Shown: positions 36,386 through 47,628 of the stretch, piece by piece
Layout of the letters: each line of letters starts with the position of its first letter
How positions within the stretch are numbered: the stretch's first letter is position 1
NCBI GenBank assembly: GCA_025201805.1
Contig: MU619319.1
Span: 1 to 50,678, forward strand
Direction: 5' to 3'
Source of the DNA: Parasitella parasitica NRRL 2501
Lineage: Eukaryota > Fungi > Mucoromycota
Length of the DNA: 50,678 bases
Position numbers and translations under genes: made by a program
The notes under the pieces: generated by a model
Seen by the model: the letters and a program-made list of their open reading frames with translations, nothing else
Told to the model about the DNA's origin: nothing
Database searches by the model: none

Positions 36386-37717
36386 CTACACGGCCTCATG
36401 TTTAGTAGTTTCAGGCGATGCTGACGAGTGTGTTGGTAATGCCGATGAATTTGCCGCTGGTGAGGAAGATTCGAGTGGCTTTTGAGGTTCAGGCGCAACG
36501 TCTGATGCCACAGCTGCTGGTGTTGCTGGATCTGTTACGTCCGGCGCTGTTGTTATTGCATCCTTTTTGTCAAGCAGCAGACATCTCTCCAATAGGTTCA
36601 GATAACGTTCTTCGTTCAACCGACCCTTTGAACACGCCTTTTCACATATATTGACAAATTTCATGTTCATTTTGTGCATCGACTCTACGTTTGTCCTCAT
36701 AATCTCAATCTGGGTATTTTGCTTGTCCAATGTCTTTTCCATAAACACACGCTGTATCTCCAAAAGCTCCATATTGAGATCTGACGTACGAGGCCGTTTG
36801 GCAGACAATGTAGGTGGTGCAGGGTTCGCTTTATAAGTTGCTTTCCCCTCGTCGTCGTCGTTGTTGTTGTTGTTGTTGTTGTTGTCATCGTTGTTTTCTC
36901 TATGCTTGCGTTTAAGGATGCAATTCTCGGGAAGAGGGACATGGCTCAAGTAGCTGTCCATGTATTGAAAGTGGTTCCAGTATGAAACGGTTGGTAGTGG
37001 CTGCTGCAGTCCCTGTGGACGGGGCATGATCAGAAATGCCCTCTCAGCGTTGTACTTGGCCATCAATTTATCCCACTTTGTGATTAGCGCAGACTTGCTG
37101 CGATTATCTGCTGTAATGGCGTTGTATTCTGATGAGAGCGCAGTCCACCCGTCGTTGTATTTATCGGCATTCATGCTTGTGACCATGGTGTAGTGCTTGC
37201 GATGCAGCTGAATCAACACCGCCACATTCGCTTCAGACCAAACTCGTTCGAAACCAGCAACGTCGTAAGCGCTGGGAAAACTAGATGGCATTAAAACCTG
37301 TTGATGTGGCTGTGGGGGTCTCGGCTGGACGGGTATAGCTGCGGCTTGCTGCTGCTGGTGCTGTGGTTGTTGTGGGGGCGATGGCTTGGAAGACGATGGG
37401 ATGGACGTGCGGCTGGCATTGGTCGGTTTAGCGCGCGTGTCGATGACAGATTGAGAGGATGCATACGGCTTGATCGGGACGACTTTTGACTTGGGTGAAG
37501 CGCTCACTGTTTGTATGTCAGATTTGGCGTCTTTTGCTGGTGCAGCGACATGCTGTAATGAAGGGGGAGCGTCTGCGGTGGCGCTGGCGCTGGCTATGGA
37601 GGAGGCAGTGGTGGATGGTGTGCTTGAGGAGGATGTGGTAGGAGTCCGTTTACTTACATTGACCATTCTTGCGCCATTGAATGTTTGCGGGACAAATATG
37701 CTGTTGTTGTTGGCCAT
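36386..37717 (-). CDS. Myb/SANT-like (trihelix/MADF-type) DNA-binding protein with coiled coil
   Basis: WSEANVAVLI...WTALSSEY...RSKSALITKWDKLMAKY...WNHFQYMDSYL. The 5' end is uncertain: CAG precedes the ATG and an N-gap lies at 37744-37788. Confidence 0.8.
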   Translation of the reverse strand: MANNNSIFVPQTFNGARMVNVSKRTPTTSSSSTPSTTASSIASASATADAPPSLQHVAAPAKDAKSDIQTVSASPKSKVVPIKPYASSQSVIDTRAKPTNASRTSIPSSSKPSPPQQPQHQQQQAAAIPVQPRPPQPHQQVLMPSSFPSAYDVAGFERVWSEANVAVLIQLHRKHYTMVTSMNADKYNDGWTALSSEYNAITADNRSKSALITKWDKLMAKYNAERAFLIMPRPQGLQQPLPTVSYWNHFQYMDSYLSHVPLPENCILKRKHRENNDDNNNNNNNNDDDEGKATYKANPAPPTLSAKRPRTSDLNMELLEIQRVFMEKTLDKQNTQIEIMRTNVESMHKMNMKFVNICEKACSKGRLNEERYLNLLERCLLLDKKDAITTAPDVTDPATPAAVASDVAPEPQKPLESSSPAANSSALPTHSSASPETTKHEAV

Positions 37718-38037
37718 CTGCTAAGGCTATAAATGTAATATAANNNNNNNNNNNNNNNNNNNNNNNNNNNNNNNNNNNNNNNNNNNNNAAAAAAAAAAAA
37801 AAAAAAAAAAAAGAGGCCCTTCAAGGGGGAAGACAGAGGATGTGTCTTGATTCGCTCTCTTGGACGAAGGTTCTCGTTGAGTGACGTACATTAACCTGAT
37901 GGGATTACCAAGAGCGCGCCTAGACTTGCGAGCGAATGAAAGAGAATTTTTTCGAGAAAAAAGATCTTTGACCTTCATTCCCCTTCTTTCTCCCCTGACA
38001 GCTTCGTAAGAGCAAAACCATATAAAAGAATAGAACG

Positions 38038-38670
38038 ATGTAAGTGTTTACCCACCCTGCACACCAGCCTGATGTCGCAGCACGTACCAACAGAATCACA
38101 TGTAAACAGGTCTTCCTCTGCCCTGAAAATGATCAATCCCAACTCGGATGTTGCTCGACGTGGTCAGGCACTCCAGCTCAACATTACTGCTGCAGTCGGC
38201 TTGCAGGATGTCTTGAAATCAAACTTGGGCCCAAGAGGCACCATCAAAATGTGAGTATCCTGGTCTCTACCATTCAGATCAGTAAAGCGCGTTTTCCAAA
38301 TGCCACGTGTCAACTCGTATGCTAACCCTCTTCTTGAACACAGGCTGGTCGACGGTGCTGGCGGTATCAAGCTTACCAAAGATGGCAAGGTTTTATTAAG
38401 CGAAATGGTAACAGCGTTTTTAGGCTACAGACGTGGTTTATATGGATGTTTTTAACATGCTTGTTGTTCTAGCAAATTCAACATCCTACTGCTGCAATGA
38501 TCGCAAAAGCTGCTACTGCTCAAGATGAAATTACAGGTGACGGTACCACATCTATTGTGTTGCTGGTGGGCGAGCTCTTGAAGCAAGCCGAACGCTACAT
38601 TTCTGAAGGACTTCATCCCCGTGTTATCACCGAGGGCTATGATCTGGCCAAAAAGGAGGCTCTCAAGGTA

Positions 38671-38708
<38 letters not shown>

Positions 38709-39968
38709 ACTAAACGCCAAACTTTGTACAACGTTTTTTTTTGTTAGTTTTTGGAAGACTTCAAGACAACCGACATTGCAATTGACCGTGAACTGCTCGT
38801 GTCAGTTGCTCGTACGTCTCTTCGCACCAAGGTTCATCGCGCGTTAGCTGATGCCTTGACTGAAGCTGTTGTCAATGCAGTTTTATCTATTCACCGTGAA
38901 GGCCAGCCCATCGATCTTCACATGGTTGAAATCATGAAAATGCAACATCGCTCAGAAACCGAATCGAAATTGGTCCGCGGGCTCGTTATGGATCACGGTG
39001 CTCGTCACCCTGACATGCCCAAGAAGATCAATAATGCCTTTGTTTTGACCCTGAATGTAAGTCTGGAATACGAGAAATCCGAAATCAACTCTGGCTTCTT
39101 CTACTCTACCCCTGAACAACGCAATAAACTGGTTGAAAGCGAGCGCAAACATGTTGACGACAAGGTGCGCCGCCTAGTCGAGTTCAAAAAGGAGGTTTGC
39201 AGTGGTGAAAATATTAACTGTGGATTTGTCATTGTCAACCAAAAGGGTATCGATCCTCTTTCTCTGGATATGCTGGCCAAGAGTGGCATTTTGGCCCTGC
39301 GCAGAGCCAAGAGAAGAAACATGGAACGTCTTCAGCTGATTTGCGGCGGCATTGCTCAAAACTCTGTCGATGACTTGACCCCTGAAGTCCTCGGCTACGC
39401 TGGCAATGTTTACGAGCAGGTTTTGGGCGAAGAAAAGTATACTTTTATCGAAGATGTCAAAGATCCTTCGAGTGTTACCATTTTAATCAAGGGCCCTAAC
39501 CCTCATACCATTGCTCAAATCAACGATGCCGTCCGTGATGGCCTCCGCGCTGTCAAGAATGCGATTGAAGATAAATCTGTCGTCGCAGGCGGTGGTGCTT
39601 TCGAGGTTGCTCTTTCTCAGCATTTGATTCAATACAAAAAGGAGGTCAAGGGCCGCGCCAAGATGGGTGTACAAGCTTTTGCTGATGCCATGATGGTCAT
39701 TCCCAAAGTCCTTGCACAGAATGCAGGCTTTGATGCACAAGATGTCACAGTTGCTTTACAGGACGATCATATGGACGGTCATATTGTTGGCATTGACTTG
39801 AAGACTGGCGAAACAATGGATCCTAAAAACGAAGGTATTTGGAATAACTACCGTGTGCATCGTCATATGCTTCATTCATGCTCTGTTATCGCAAGCAACC
39901 TTCTATTGGTTGATGAAATGATGCGTGCTGGCAGAACTTCATTAAAGGGGCCTCAACTTGGAGAATAA
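38038..39968 (+). CDS. CCT6: T-complex protein 1 subunit zeta; 5 exons
   Basis: [61 protein letters not shown]. Confidence 0.97.
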
Positions 39969-40061
39969 ACAGCAAAGAATTATACACGCGCACATATAAT
40001 AATAAAAATAAAAATAAAAATAAATAAAAAAAAAAATGAATGGTGCTTTATTATTAAACCA

Positions 40062-40958
40062 TCAATCACTGAAATATGTATGCTTTAAAGCGTCTTCTGC
40101 TGATATTCTTAGCTGAGGCTGGTATTGCAACATGCGGTTCAACAAGTCGATCCCCTTGGCATCCATGTTTGGGATTGTGAGGCCAATGTTTTGACGAGGG
40201 TCAATGTGCGTTGGCTGCTTGTATTCTGGGAATTGGGTCAAGCCTGGCCACGTTTGTTCAGTGGGAGTGCCCATCTTCCTAAAGATCTCTTGCAGCTGAT
40301 GCTCATTGGAGTTTCCTGGAAACAAAGGACGGCCTGTATACATTTCCGCCATAATACACCCAGCTGCCCAAATGTCAATTGAGGTAGAATACATGCGTGA
40401 GCCCAGCAACACATCGGGTGCTCTGTACCAGAGCGTAACGACTTCATTGGAGAATGTGTTGACAGGAATGCCATAGGCTCTGGCTAATCCAAAATCGCCC
40501 AGTTTCAACTCATCATACTTGTTAATAAGCAAATTCTGTGGTTTCAAATCACGGTGCAAGACTCGGTTTTTATGGCAATAAGCGATACCCTGCAGCAGCT
40601 GAGACATGAAACGCTTTATTGTCGCTGGAGGAAGAGTTCCGTGAGTCAGCTTGGCATTGGCGTCCATATATTTCTTGAGGTCCTGTTCCATAAATTCAAA
40701 AACGAGCATGAGCTTGGTTTGGGTGTGTATCACGTCGATGAGCTGAAGAATGTTTGGATGATTCAACTCCTTCATGAGAGAAATTTCACGAATCGCGGTC
40801 GAAGGCGCCCCTTCCTCTGGGTCTAGGTGGATCTCTTTCAAAGCAACCGTTAATCCGGTATCTCTATTCTCTCCTTTAAAGACTGTTGCGTACGTCCCTT
40901 CACCCAGTTTCTCTTTTCGTATGTATTTTGCTTCAGAGTTGATACCGTTCTGTGACAT
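40062..40958 (-). CDS. PHO85: Pho85-type cyclin-dependent kinase, 298 aa, intronless
   Basis: [57 protein letters not shown]. Confidence 0.95.
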   Translation of the reverse strand: MSQNGINSEAKYIRKEKLGEGTYATVFKGENRDTGLTVALKEIHLDPEEGAPSTAIREISLMKELNHPNILQLIDVIHTQTKLMLVFEFMEQDLKKYMDANAKLTHGTLPPATIKRFMSQLLQGIAYCHKNRVLHRDLKPQNLLINKYDELKLGDFGLARAYGIPVNTFSNEVVTLWYRAPDVLLGSRMYSTSIDIWAAGCIMAEMYTGRPLFPGNSNEHQLQEIFRKMGTPTEQTWPGLTQFPEYKQPTHIDPRQNIGLTIPNMDAKGIDLLNRMLQYQPQLRISAEDALKHTYFSD

Positions 40959-41305
40959 TTTCAAAAAATTTGGTACAGGGTAGGCTAGGAAATGTTGTCA
41001 GGTTGTCGATGACCAGTTTAGATAAACAAAAAGGAAAGAAAGCAAAAGGACGAATAAAAAAGATGCTCTCCGGCGGCTTCAAATGTTGGCGTTACATAAT
41101 AGGCGGTAAAAATGAAAAAGTCATTTATTAATGCGATTTTAATTGTATATGTGAGAGCTGCTATTTGTGGATAAGATGTGTGTATGCAAAGCAAAAAACG
41201 AGTATGAGGATATATGACCATCTTATATACATGAAGAGAGAGAGAGAGAGAGAAAGAAAGCAAGAGAGGCATTGCGCTCTCCAACCTGTTTTTTTTATTT
41301 TTATT

Positions 41306-41557
41306 TTAATAGGGCCTTCTCTCTTCTGCAATTTTCTCTCTAACAGCAACAATGTTCTGCTTGACCCAATTATCTTTTTCTCTAAGCTCTTGTTCTTCTC
41401 TTCGCAGTCGTGCAATCTCTTCCTTGAGTTGCTGTTCCCGAGTCAAGAGAGCAGCAGTTGAGGAATCCCGTCTCATGCCCCGTCCCCCATTCGGAGAGTC
41501 ATCCATTATGCTAGCGGGCGACATTTTGGATCGATGGTACGACATTGAGTCTGCCAT
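41306..41557 (-). CDS. Small (83 aa) coiled-coil / leucine-zipper protein
   Basis: Coding-like composition within AT-rich flanks, heptad pattern LxxxxxxLxxxxxxLxxxxxxL, AATAAA downstream. Confidence 0.65.
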   Translation of the reverse strand: MADSMSYHRSKMSPASIMDDSPNGGRGMRRDSSTAALLTREQQLKEEIARLRREEQELREKDNWVKQNIVAVREKIAEERRPY

Positions 41558-41856
41558 TGCTGATTGATAATGAAAAGAAATGAAAGTGTAAGAGAAGAGA
41601 AATAAAATTCCAAATTGTTTATATACAAGAAACGGCAATGATTAGCTCCCCTACTTGATGCCCTTCTTTTCCATCATCATCACCTTTAAAACTAAAATAC
41701 ACAACACCCCTTTCTTTCTTCCAAGTTTCTTTTTGTAAACAAGATCCAAGTGCCCCCCCCCTCCCCTTTTTTAGCATGATATTTCTCTCCTTTTTGTTGA
41801 CTGTAATATAATTTAAATCTGATTTGATTTATATGGTGTGGTGTGCAATATTAATA

Positions 41857-42120
41857 CAGTCAGACCTCAAATTGTATGTTCAAATTGGCATAAATCCGGC
41901 CAAATTCAACTTTATTGATGGTTTACGAATATACTTTTTTTCAAGACGGGCAAGACAGCCTTTACGATGAAAACGATGAAAATGATGAAAACAGTTTGCT
42001 ATCCTGTTGAAGGGATTGGAGCCCAACTCGACGATCCAAATGTTGCTAGCATGTCGAGAACGAAAACTTTAAGAAAACCAAGGCAAAGGCAGACGCCCGA
42101 AAAAAAAAAAAAAAAGAGTT
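41857..42120 (+). mobile_element. Relic left end of a Tc1-type element
   Basis: TA-CAGTCAGACC terminus (compare CAGTCAAACC at 42521), followed by decayed FFQDGQDSLYDEND...YPVE, which resembles FVHEDGQGKIFND...YPIE at 6858. Confidence 0.55.
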
Positions 42121-43012
42121 CCGCTCTACCGGATTCGATGCATTCTGTAGAATGCAGATCCGTATATATTAGGTGCAATAAGAATAGGAATCGATATACG
42201 TTTCCGTGGGTATATAGGACTAGGAGTCATTATGACCAAAACAAGCTAGTTTGTGCCTTCCTCATACCGTACTTGAGAGCACATCAAGTGTCCTCGCTGC
42301 CTCAACTAGTTGACTCTGGGCATCAGATTTATAGCTCGTCGTCGCCTACCCTTTAGCTTCATACATTTTGCATCGACAGACTACTCGAAACATATACATT
42401 TGTAACTCACGAAGCAGTCCGAAAGAGTGCTTGTTTGAAATTGGCCATGACAGAGATGGACCAGATAGCAATCTCGACACAATGTTCGTCGTGCTACGAA
42501 ATACACTTACCTTTGTTGTACAGTCAAACCTATGGAAATTGACGTTTTCACAAAAATAATCGGCGGAAATTGAAAAATAAATGCCACAAGCTCAATTATT
42601 TTTGTCATTTTGGCTGAAAACTTTTGTCCAAAACAGCTAATTAAATTTGGCACTTTCAAGTTGGTCATTAATGTCTTTCTTCTGTCTGTCTTTCTCTTTT
42701 TGACTTGGAACCGAAAGTGTAGGCTTTTTAAATACCATATAAACGACTGTGTTTACAGTAACTGTACCCAACACAATATAGGTGATCACTCTTGTTACTG
42801 GTGTTTTTAGTACTGGGCGGTTTCCAACAGGAGGCCAAGCGATTTTTTTCTCCTATTCATAGAAGTGTTGGATATTTTTTCTTGGTGAATAAAGAGAGAT
42901 CTGGTAATTTATTCTATTTTAGTAATCCATTTCAGTTGAAAAAGTGAGTTTAAACTCTTTTTATTTTGCAACTAATAAGAAATTGGTATTATTTTGCTTA
43001 AGACTAATTACA

Positions 43013-43790
43013 TCAATTTCGATATTTGAAGTTTGAGCTGTTAGCCATATTAAGTAAAGTATCAATACCAAGGCTTGATGAATGACTGAGTAGTGGTGAA
43101 TCATTTGGGAATGGCACGGAATGGCAGCAATGCCAAAATATCTGGGTAACGCGTAACAATATTTGGAGGTTTTTCAGAGTAGCAAAAGATTGGATTGATA
43201 ATAAAGAATCTGGTACTTTGACGCGGCCAATCTCGATCATAGTGTAGAAACGGTGGTGAATTCTCTGTGTCACATAAAAAATCAGTTGGAAACCATTGAT
43301 TTGGAAGGCGAGAATGGGATGTTCATTTTTTAAACAAGTATTTCTTGATAATACAGTCAGCTTTAAAGTGTCTACGCAGAGTGATTGTGTCGTAGTGCTA
43401 TTGTCGCCTGGTTTGACTTCACCATATCCTAGGTGTCTTCCAAATTTTAATTGTATCAATGTTGATATGATTGCATCAGGTCTTATTTCTGGTGCTGTTT
43501 CATCCATTTTATTTGGCCACCTCAAAATAACTTTCTTTGTAGTGTCAGCTAAGATTGCCGATAACAAGGGTTCATAGTATCTTGTCTGAATATCAACTTC
43601 TCCAATTTTGTCCTTCTCTACAATTGAGTCCAAAGGTAACTTCGTGAGTCTATCATACGTACAGAATCAAAAAAAAAGAGATACGAGTCTTCATTCAAAC
43701 ACTGCTCATTCGACTACACTTACAAATCTCCAATCCCTTCAATAACGTTTCCTTTCAATGAATCCATACCAGCAGCCAGAGTTAAAAGTT
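43013..43790 (-). pseudogene. 5'-truncated PD-(D/E)xK nuclease-like hypothetical gene
   Basis: IRPDAII...LGYGEVKP motif. One intron (about 43651-43722) joins an upstream exon ending ...VIEGIGDL. No start found. Confidence 0.6.
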
Positions 43791-43836
43791 AGACCTACGT
43801 CACAAATACAGGGTTTTTTTTTGAATGATTTGTATA

Positions 43837-45335
43837 CTGTATTTTGAGGACAATTCCGCCGATTAAATTTTTATTTCGTGAAATCTCAAATTCAATTTCG
43901 TCAGAATTACCTTTGAAGTTCGTAATAGGGGAGGCTAGCTATACTGTAGTGCTGTATTACTCTGGATCACCTTGTTGAATACGTAAAAAAATTATGATTT
44001 AAATAATGAATCAAAAATTGATGGTGTATCCATCTTCTTCTTCACACTTTACAGTATATCGCATACAATTTTTCAAATAAAAGTTACATACATTTTTAGC
44101 CATGTCAACAAGTGAAAATTCAAACAGAAATCAAAATGTCACAGATCAAAGACATCCACACTCAAAGCGAGGGCCCTACGGGAAAACAACTCTTGAAAAG
44201 CGTACGAAAATCATTGATCAAGTACTGCAAGAAGGTTATTCACCAGCAGAGGCTGCAAAGGAGAATCGTGTTGCAGTTTCGACGGTAAATACAATGGTAG
44301 ATGTCTTTATCAAAGAAGGGCGCTATGATGCCAAAAAAAGAGGAGGGTATAATCAAAAGGTTAAGATAACAAAAGAAGTATCTGACTTTATGAGAGATTT
44401 ACTCGATGACGATAATGTTCAAACACTTCAAGATCTACAGAAAAAGGTACTTGAAGGGTTTGATGTTAAGCTAAGCATCAGTGGCATTCATTTGCATTTG
44501 ATCAACAAAATTGGCTACACTTTGAAAATTGCAAAGCCTTTGGTTACCAAAAGAAATGATGAAAGCACGCTCCAGAAACGCGTAGACTTTGTCACCAAGC
44601 TCACTTCCAGTAACATCAATTACGATAGTAATTGTATTTTCGTAGATGAGTCAGGTTTTACCACTTCTCAAATCAGGAAATTTGCCAGATCCAAGAAAGG
44701 GGAAGCAGCAATTGTCTACAACAAGAAAACCAGGGACCTTAACATTACCATTCTTGTGGCAGTTTCTCATAACGGTATTGAAAAGATCCATGCAAAGATA
44801 GTTCCTGGAGGTACCAACGCCAAGATCTTCCTTGATTTTTTAAAAGTGTTGATCGAATCTTTGAAAGATGAACGTACTCCTCAGTACATTATTTTGGATA
44901 ATGCTCGTATTCACCATGCTATCATTGTTCAAGAATGGCTGGATGAAGTAAATTCCAAGGCAGCAGTACTTCATCAGCTTTGTTTTCTCCCACCTTACTC
45001 TCCTTTTTTGAATCCGGTTGAAGAATGCTTCTCGAAGATGAAGTTGTTTGTGGCTAGACAACCTTTGACGAAAAAGAAAAATTTGACAGCATGTATTGAA
45101 GAAGCAGGAAATACTGTAAGAAAAGAAGACTGTCAAGGTTGGATAAGGCATTCCGTCAGTTTTTTTCCTCGTTGTATGGCCAAAGAGAAAGACCTATAGA
45201 TAGCTAAAAAAAATTCGCATTCAATAAAAATATAATATGCGTTTTTCAACGAACTTCAAGGGTAATTCTGACGAAATTGAATTTGAGATTTCACGAAATA
45301 AAAATTTAATCGGCGGAATTGTCCTCAAAATACAG
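43837..45335 (+). mobile_element. Intact nested Tc1/IS630-type transposon (1499 bp), 87-bp TIRs, TA TSD
   Basis: TIRs 43837-43923 and 45249-45335 differ at 1 position. TA at 43835-43836 and 45336-45337. Confidence 0.96.
44102..45199 (+). CDS. IS630/Tc1-family transposase, 365 aa, DD40E
   Basis: HTH (YSPAEAAKENRVAVSTV), FVDESGF, and ILDNARIH followed 40 residues later by FLPPYSPFLNPVEE. Confidence 0.95.
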   Translation: MSTSENSNRNQNVTDQRHPHSKRGPYGKTTLEKRTKIIDQVLQEGYSPAEAAKENRVAVSTVNTMVDVFIKEGRYDAKKRGGYNQKVKITKEVSDFMRDLLDDDNVQTLQDLQKKVLEGFDVKLSISGIHLHLINKIGYTLKIAKPLVTKRNDESTLQKRVDFVTKLTSSNINYDSNCIFVDESGFTTSQIRKFARSKKGEAAIVYNKKTRDLNITILVAVSHNGIEKIHAKIVPGGTNAKIFLDFLKVLIESLKDERTPQYIILDNARIHHAIIVQEWLDEVNSKAAVLHQLCFLPPYSPFLNPVEECFSKMKLFVARQPLTKKKNLTACIEEAGNTVRKEDCQGWIRHSVSFFPRCMAKEKDL

Positions 45336-45816
45336 TACCTTTACTTCCATTCAGTTAGAAGAATTTCCTTTGGGATCAGGATTTTTTATTCATGTACATT
45401 ACATTCAAGATTTTTATGATCGCGAACTGATACTACAAATAGTACCAAATCGGTCTTGCACTCATTTTGATACATTGATATTAGATGTAAATATATCAGA
45501 CAGAACACTAAGCGATGCGTTCCCCTTGTTAAAAGAAACGCCGTTTTTGAAGAGTTTAGGAGGTATAAGCATCATAATGAGGGATATGATATTGAATTAA
45601 AACAAAAAAAATTAAAAATTACAGGTGCAATAGAATCCTCAAAGAGATCGAAGAAGCTTGAAGACAAGAGAATAAAGGACGACAGTGTTAATCATTCTGT
45701 AATTGTGCTCAAATAATAGGCGCAGCAGTATTCGCAACAGAAAATGGGAGATAGGAGGGGATATAAACAGGAAAGTATTTGCATTTTGCATTTTTATAAT
45801 ACAAAAAAACTTGCAA

Positions 45817-46052
45817 GAGATGCTTGAGTCAGTAGTCCATTATTTGAATGGAAGAACCTCTCTCGACACCAACCCCTGGGTCTTTATCACCTTTTATAGC
45901 TCATAAATGACTCTTGGACTTGGGTTCTCTTTGCATGAGGAGATGCTTGAGTCAGTAGTCCATTGTTTGAATGGAAGAACCTCTCTCGACACCAACCCCT
46001 GGGTCTTTATCACCTTTTATAGCTCATAAATGACTCTTGGACTTGGGTTCTC
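45817..46052 (+). repeat. Direct tandem duplication, 2 x 113 bp (period 123)
   Basis: 45817-45929 and 45940-46052 differ at one base. Confidence 0.93.
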
Positions 46053-46558
46053 CTCCGCACAATATTTGTTTTTAATGGAAGAAATACTAATATATTACTA
46101 TTTTTCTATACAAGGTCCCAATAATACAAGTGCTTACGTCGCAGTCAGTTACCTTGCCAAACACCTTTCATTATAACTAGTAAAGCGATAACGAGGATAA
46201 AGAGAAAGTAGTACACCGTAAAGGTAACCCATTCATCTTACTATAGCAAATTTTATAAACTATTATAAATCCATGTCCTCTCTAACCATTTATTCATATT
46301 GATAAGGCTCAAGATATTTGTTTGAAGCCACATCAGAAACAATTGTTTTTGCCTGACCATTTTAGCCAATATTTCCATTATTTAGAATTCTGATGCACTT
46401 AACAAAGATTGATCAAGGGCTTTAAATAAACAAAACTTTTGCAGTCACCCGCTAATTTCTGTATTTTCAAATGCGAAAGATTGTATTAGACTAAAAGGTA
46501 TCTTTTGCGCTTTCCTGGGAGGGGTTTAAAATAGCAGCTCGTAATTTGATGGCTCAGT

Positions 46559-47200
46559 TTGTGTAATACAGGGCATGAATGGTTTATGAAATGGAAGGAC
46601 TCTAACCTTGATTTTACAAAGAATTGTGTTTTCATTGATGAGGCTCGATTTCACATTAACATGAGGAATAATTGGGCAAGACCAAAAAAAGGCAGTCCAG
46701 CTATTGTAAAACGACCAACAACTAGAGCAATAACACATACTATTATCGGTGCTATCCATTCATCTAGTGTTGTTCATGTTGAGATGAAAAAACCTCCTCC
46801 CAGAAAAGAAAAGAAATCAGCGAGTAAAAAGAGAAAGGTTAAGAATGGTGCAAAGAAAAGGGAGACTGAGGTTGATGAAGAGGATCAAATGATAATAAAC
46901 CAGCAAAAAAAGGCACAACTACTGCGCATTTCGTTAAATTTATGAATGCGCTTCTTGATATAATGGATCTTGATAAAAATTTAAAGGGAAATTATATTGT
47001 AATGGACAACGCCTCGATCCATAAATCCCAGCCAATGATAAGGAAAATTGAACGTAGAGGCAAAATGAAGCGCGATCGATTATTGGCCGAAAAAAATTTA
47101 TTTGCTAGAATTGCAATGATGTGCTCATCAGCGACCTCTATAGTTTCTGTAATCACTCAAAGCGTCAGATTATTAAATGTTATAAAAAAACATCATTCTA
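46559..47200 (+). pseudogene. Decayed transposase of the outer element
   Basis: NCVFIDEARFHINMR and YIVMDNASIH are present. The LPPYSPxLNPIE block and the N-terminal HTH are deleted, and there are frameshifts. Confidence 0.88.
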
Positions 47201-47628
47201 ATACATTTACATATTTTCGATAAAGGATTATATTTAAAACGACAAACATTAATGATAAACTTAAAAGTGCCAAATTTAATTAGCTGTTTCGGACAAAAGT
47301 TTCCAGCCAAAATGACAAAAATAATTGAGCTTGTGGCATTTATTTTTCAATTTCCGCCGATTATTTTTGCCTTTCGGCCAATCATTTTTCTGAGAATGAC
47401 AATTATTTTTGTGAAAACGCCAATTTCCATAGGTTTGACTGTAATATAAAATAAAAGAGAAAGAAAATGCATAAAGTTCTGCACACCACGGTTGTCCATC
47501 AAGTTTTTTTTTGATTTGATGACGTGATGATATGAAAATACGTTTGATTACTTGAATTGAATGCCACTACACTTGTATACTGTAACACACTTTGTGCGTA
47601 GATAAATATTTGTTTCAACGATTGCATA

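Larger units (their letters stand above)
42521..47441 (+). mobile_element. 4.9-kb Tc1/IS630-type element with long TIRs, cargo and a nested insertion
   Basis: TA-CAGTCAAACCTATGGAAATTG... (42521-42662) and its reverse complement at 47258-47441, followed by TA. The left TIR lacks about 40 bp between AAAAATAAT repeats. Confidence 0.93.

Noticed and set aside
38670-38705. Poly-Lys tract in CCT6, or a retro-element poly(A) tail
   Set aside because: The A-run lies inside a GT-AG intron with no TSD or element body. Similar runs occur at ~26293 and ~37789.
15823-40958. Functional phosphate cluster (Git1-like permease plus PHO85) or lipid cluster (malic enzyme plus ACSF3)
   Set aside because: The genes are over 20 kb apart with unrelated genes between them; no evidence of clustering.
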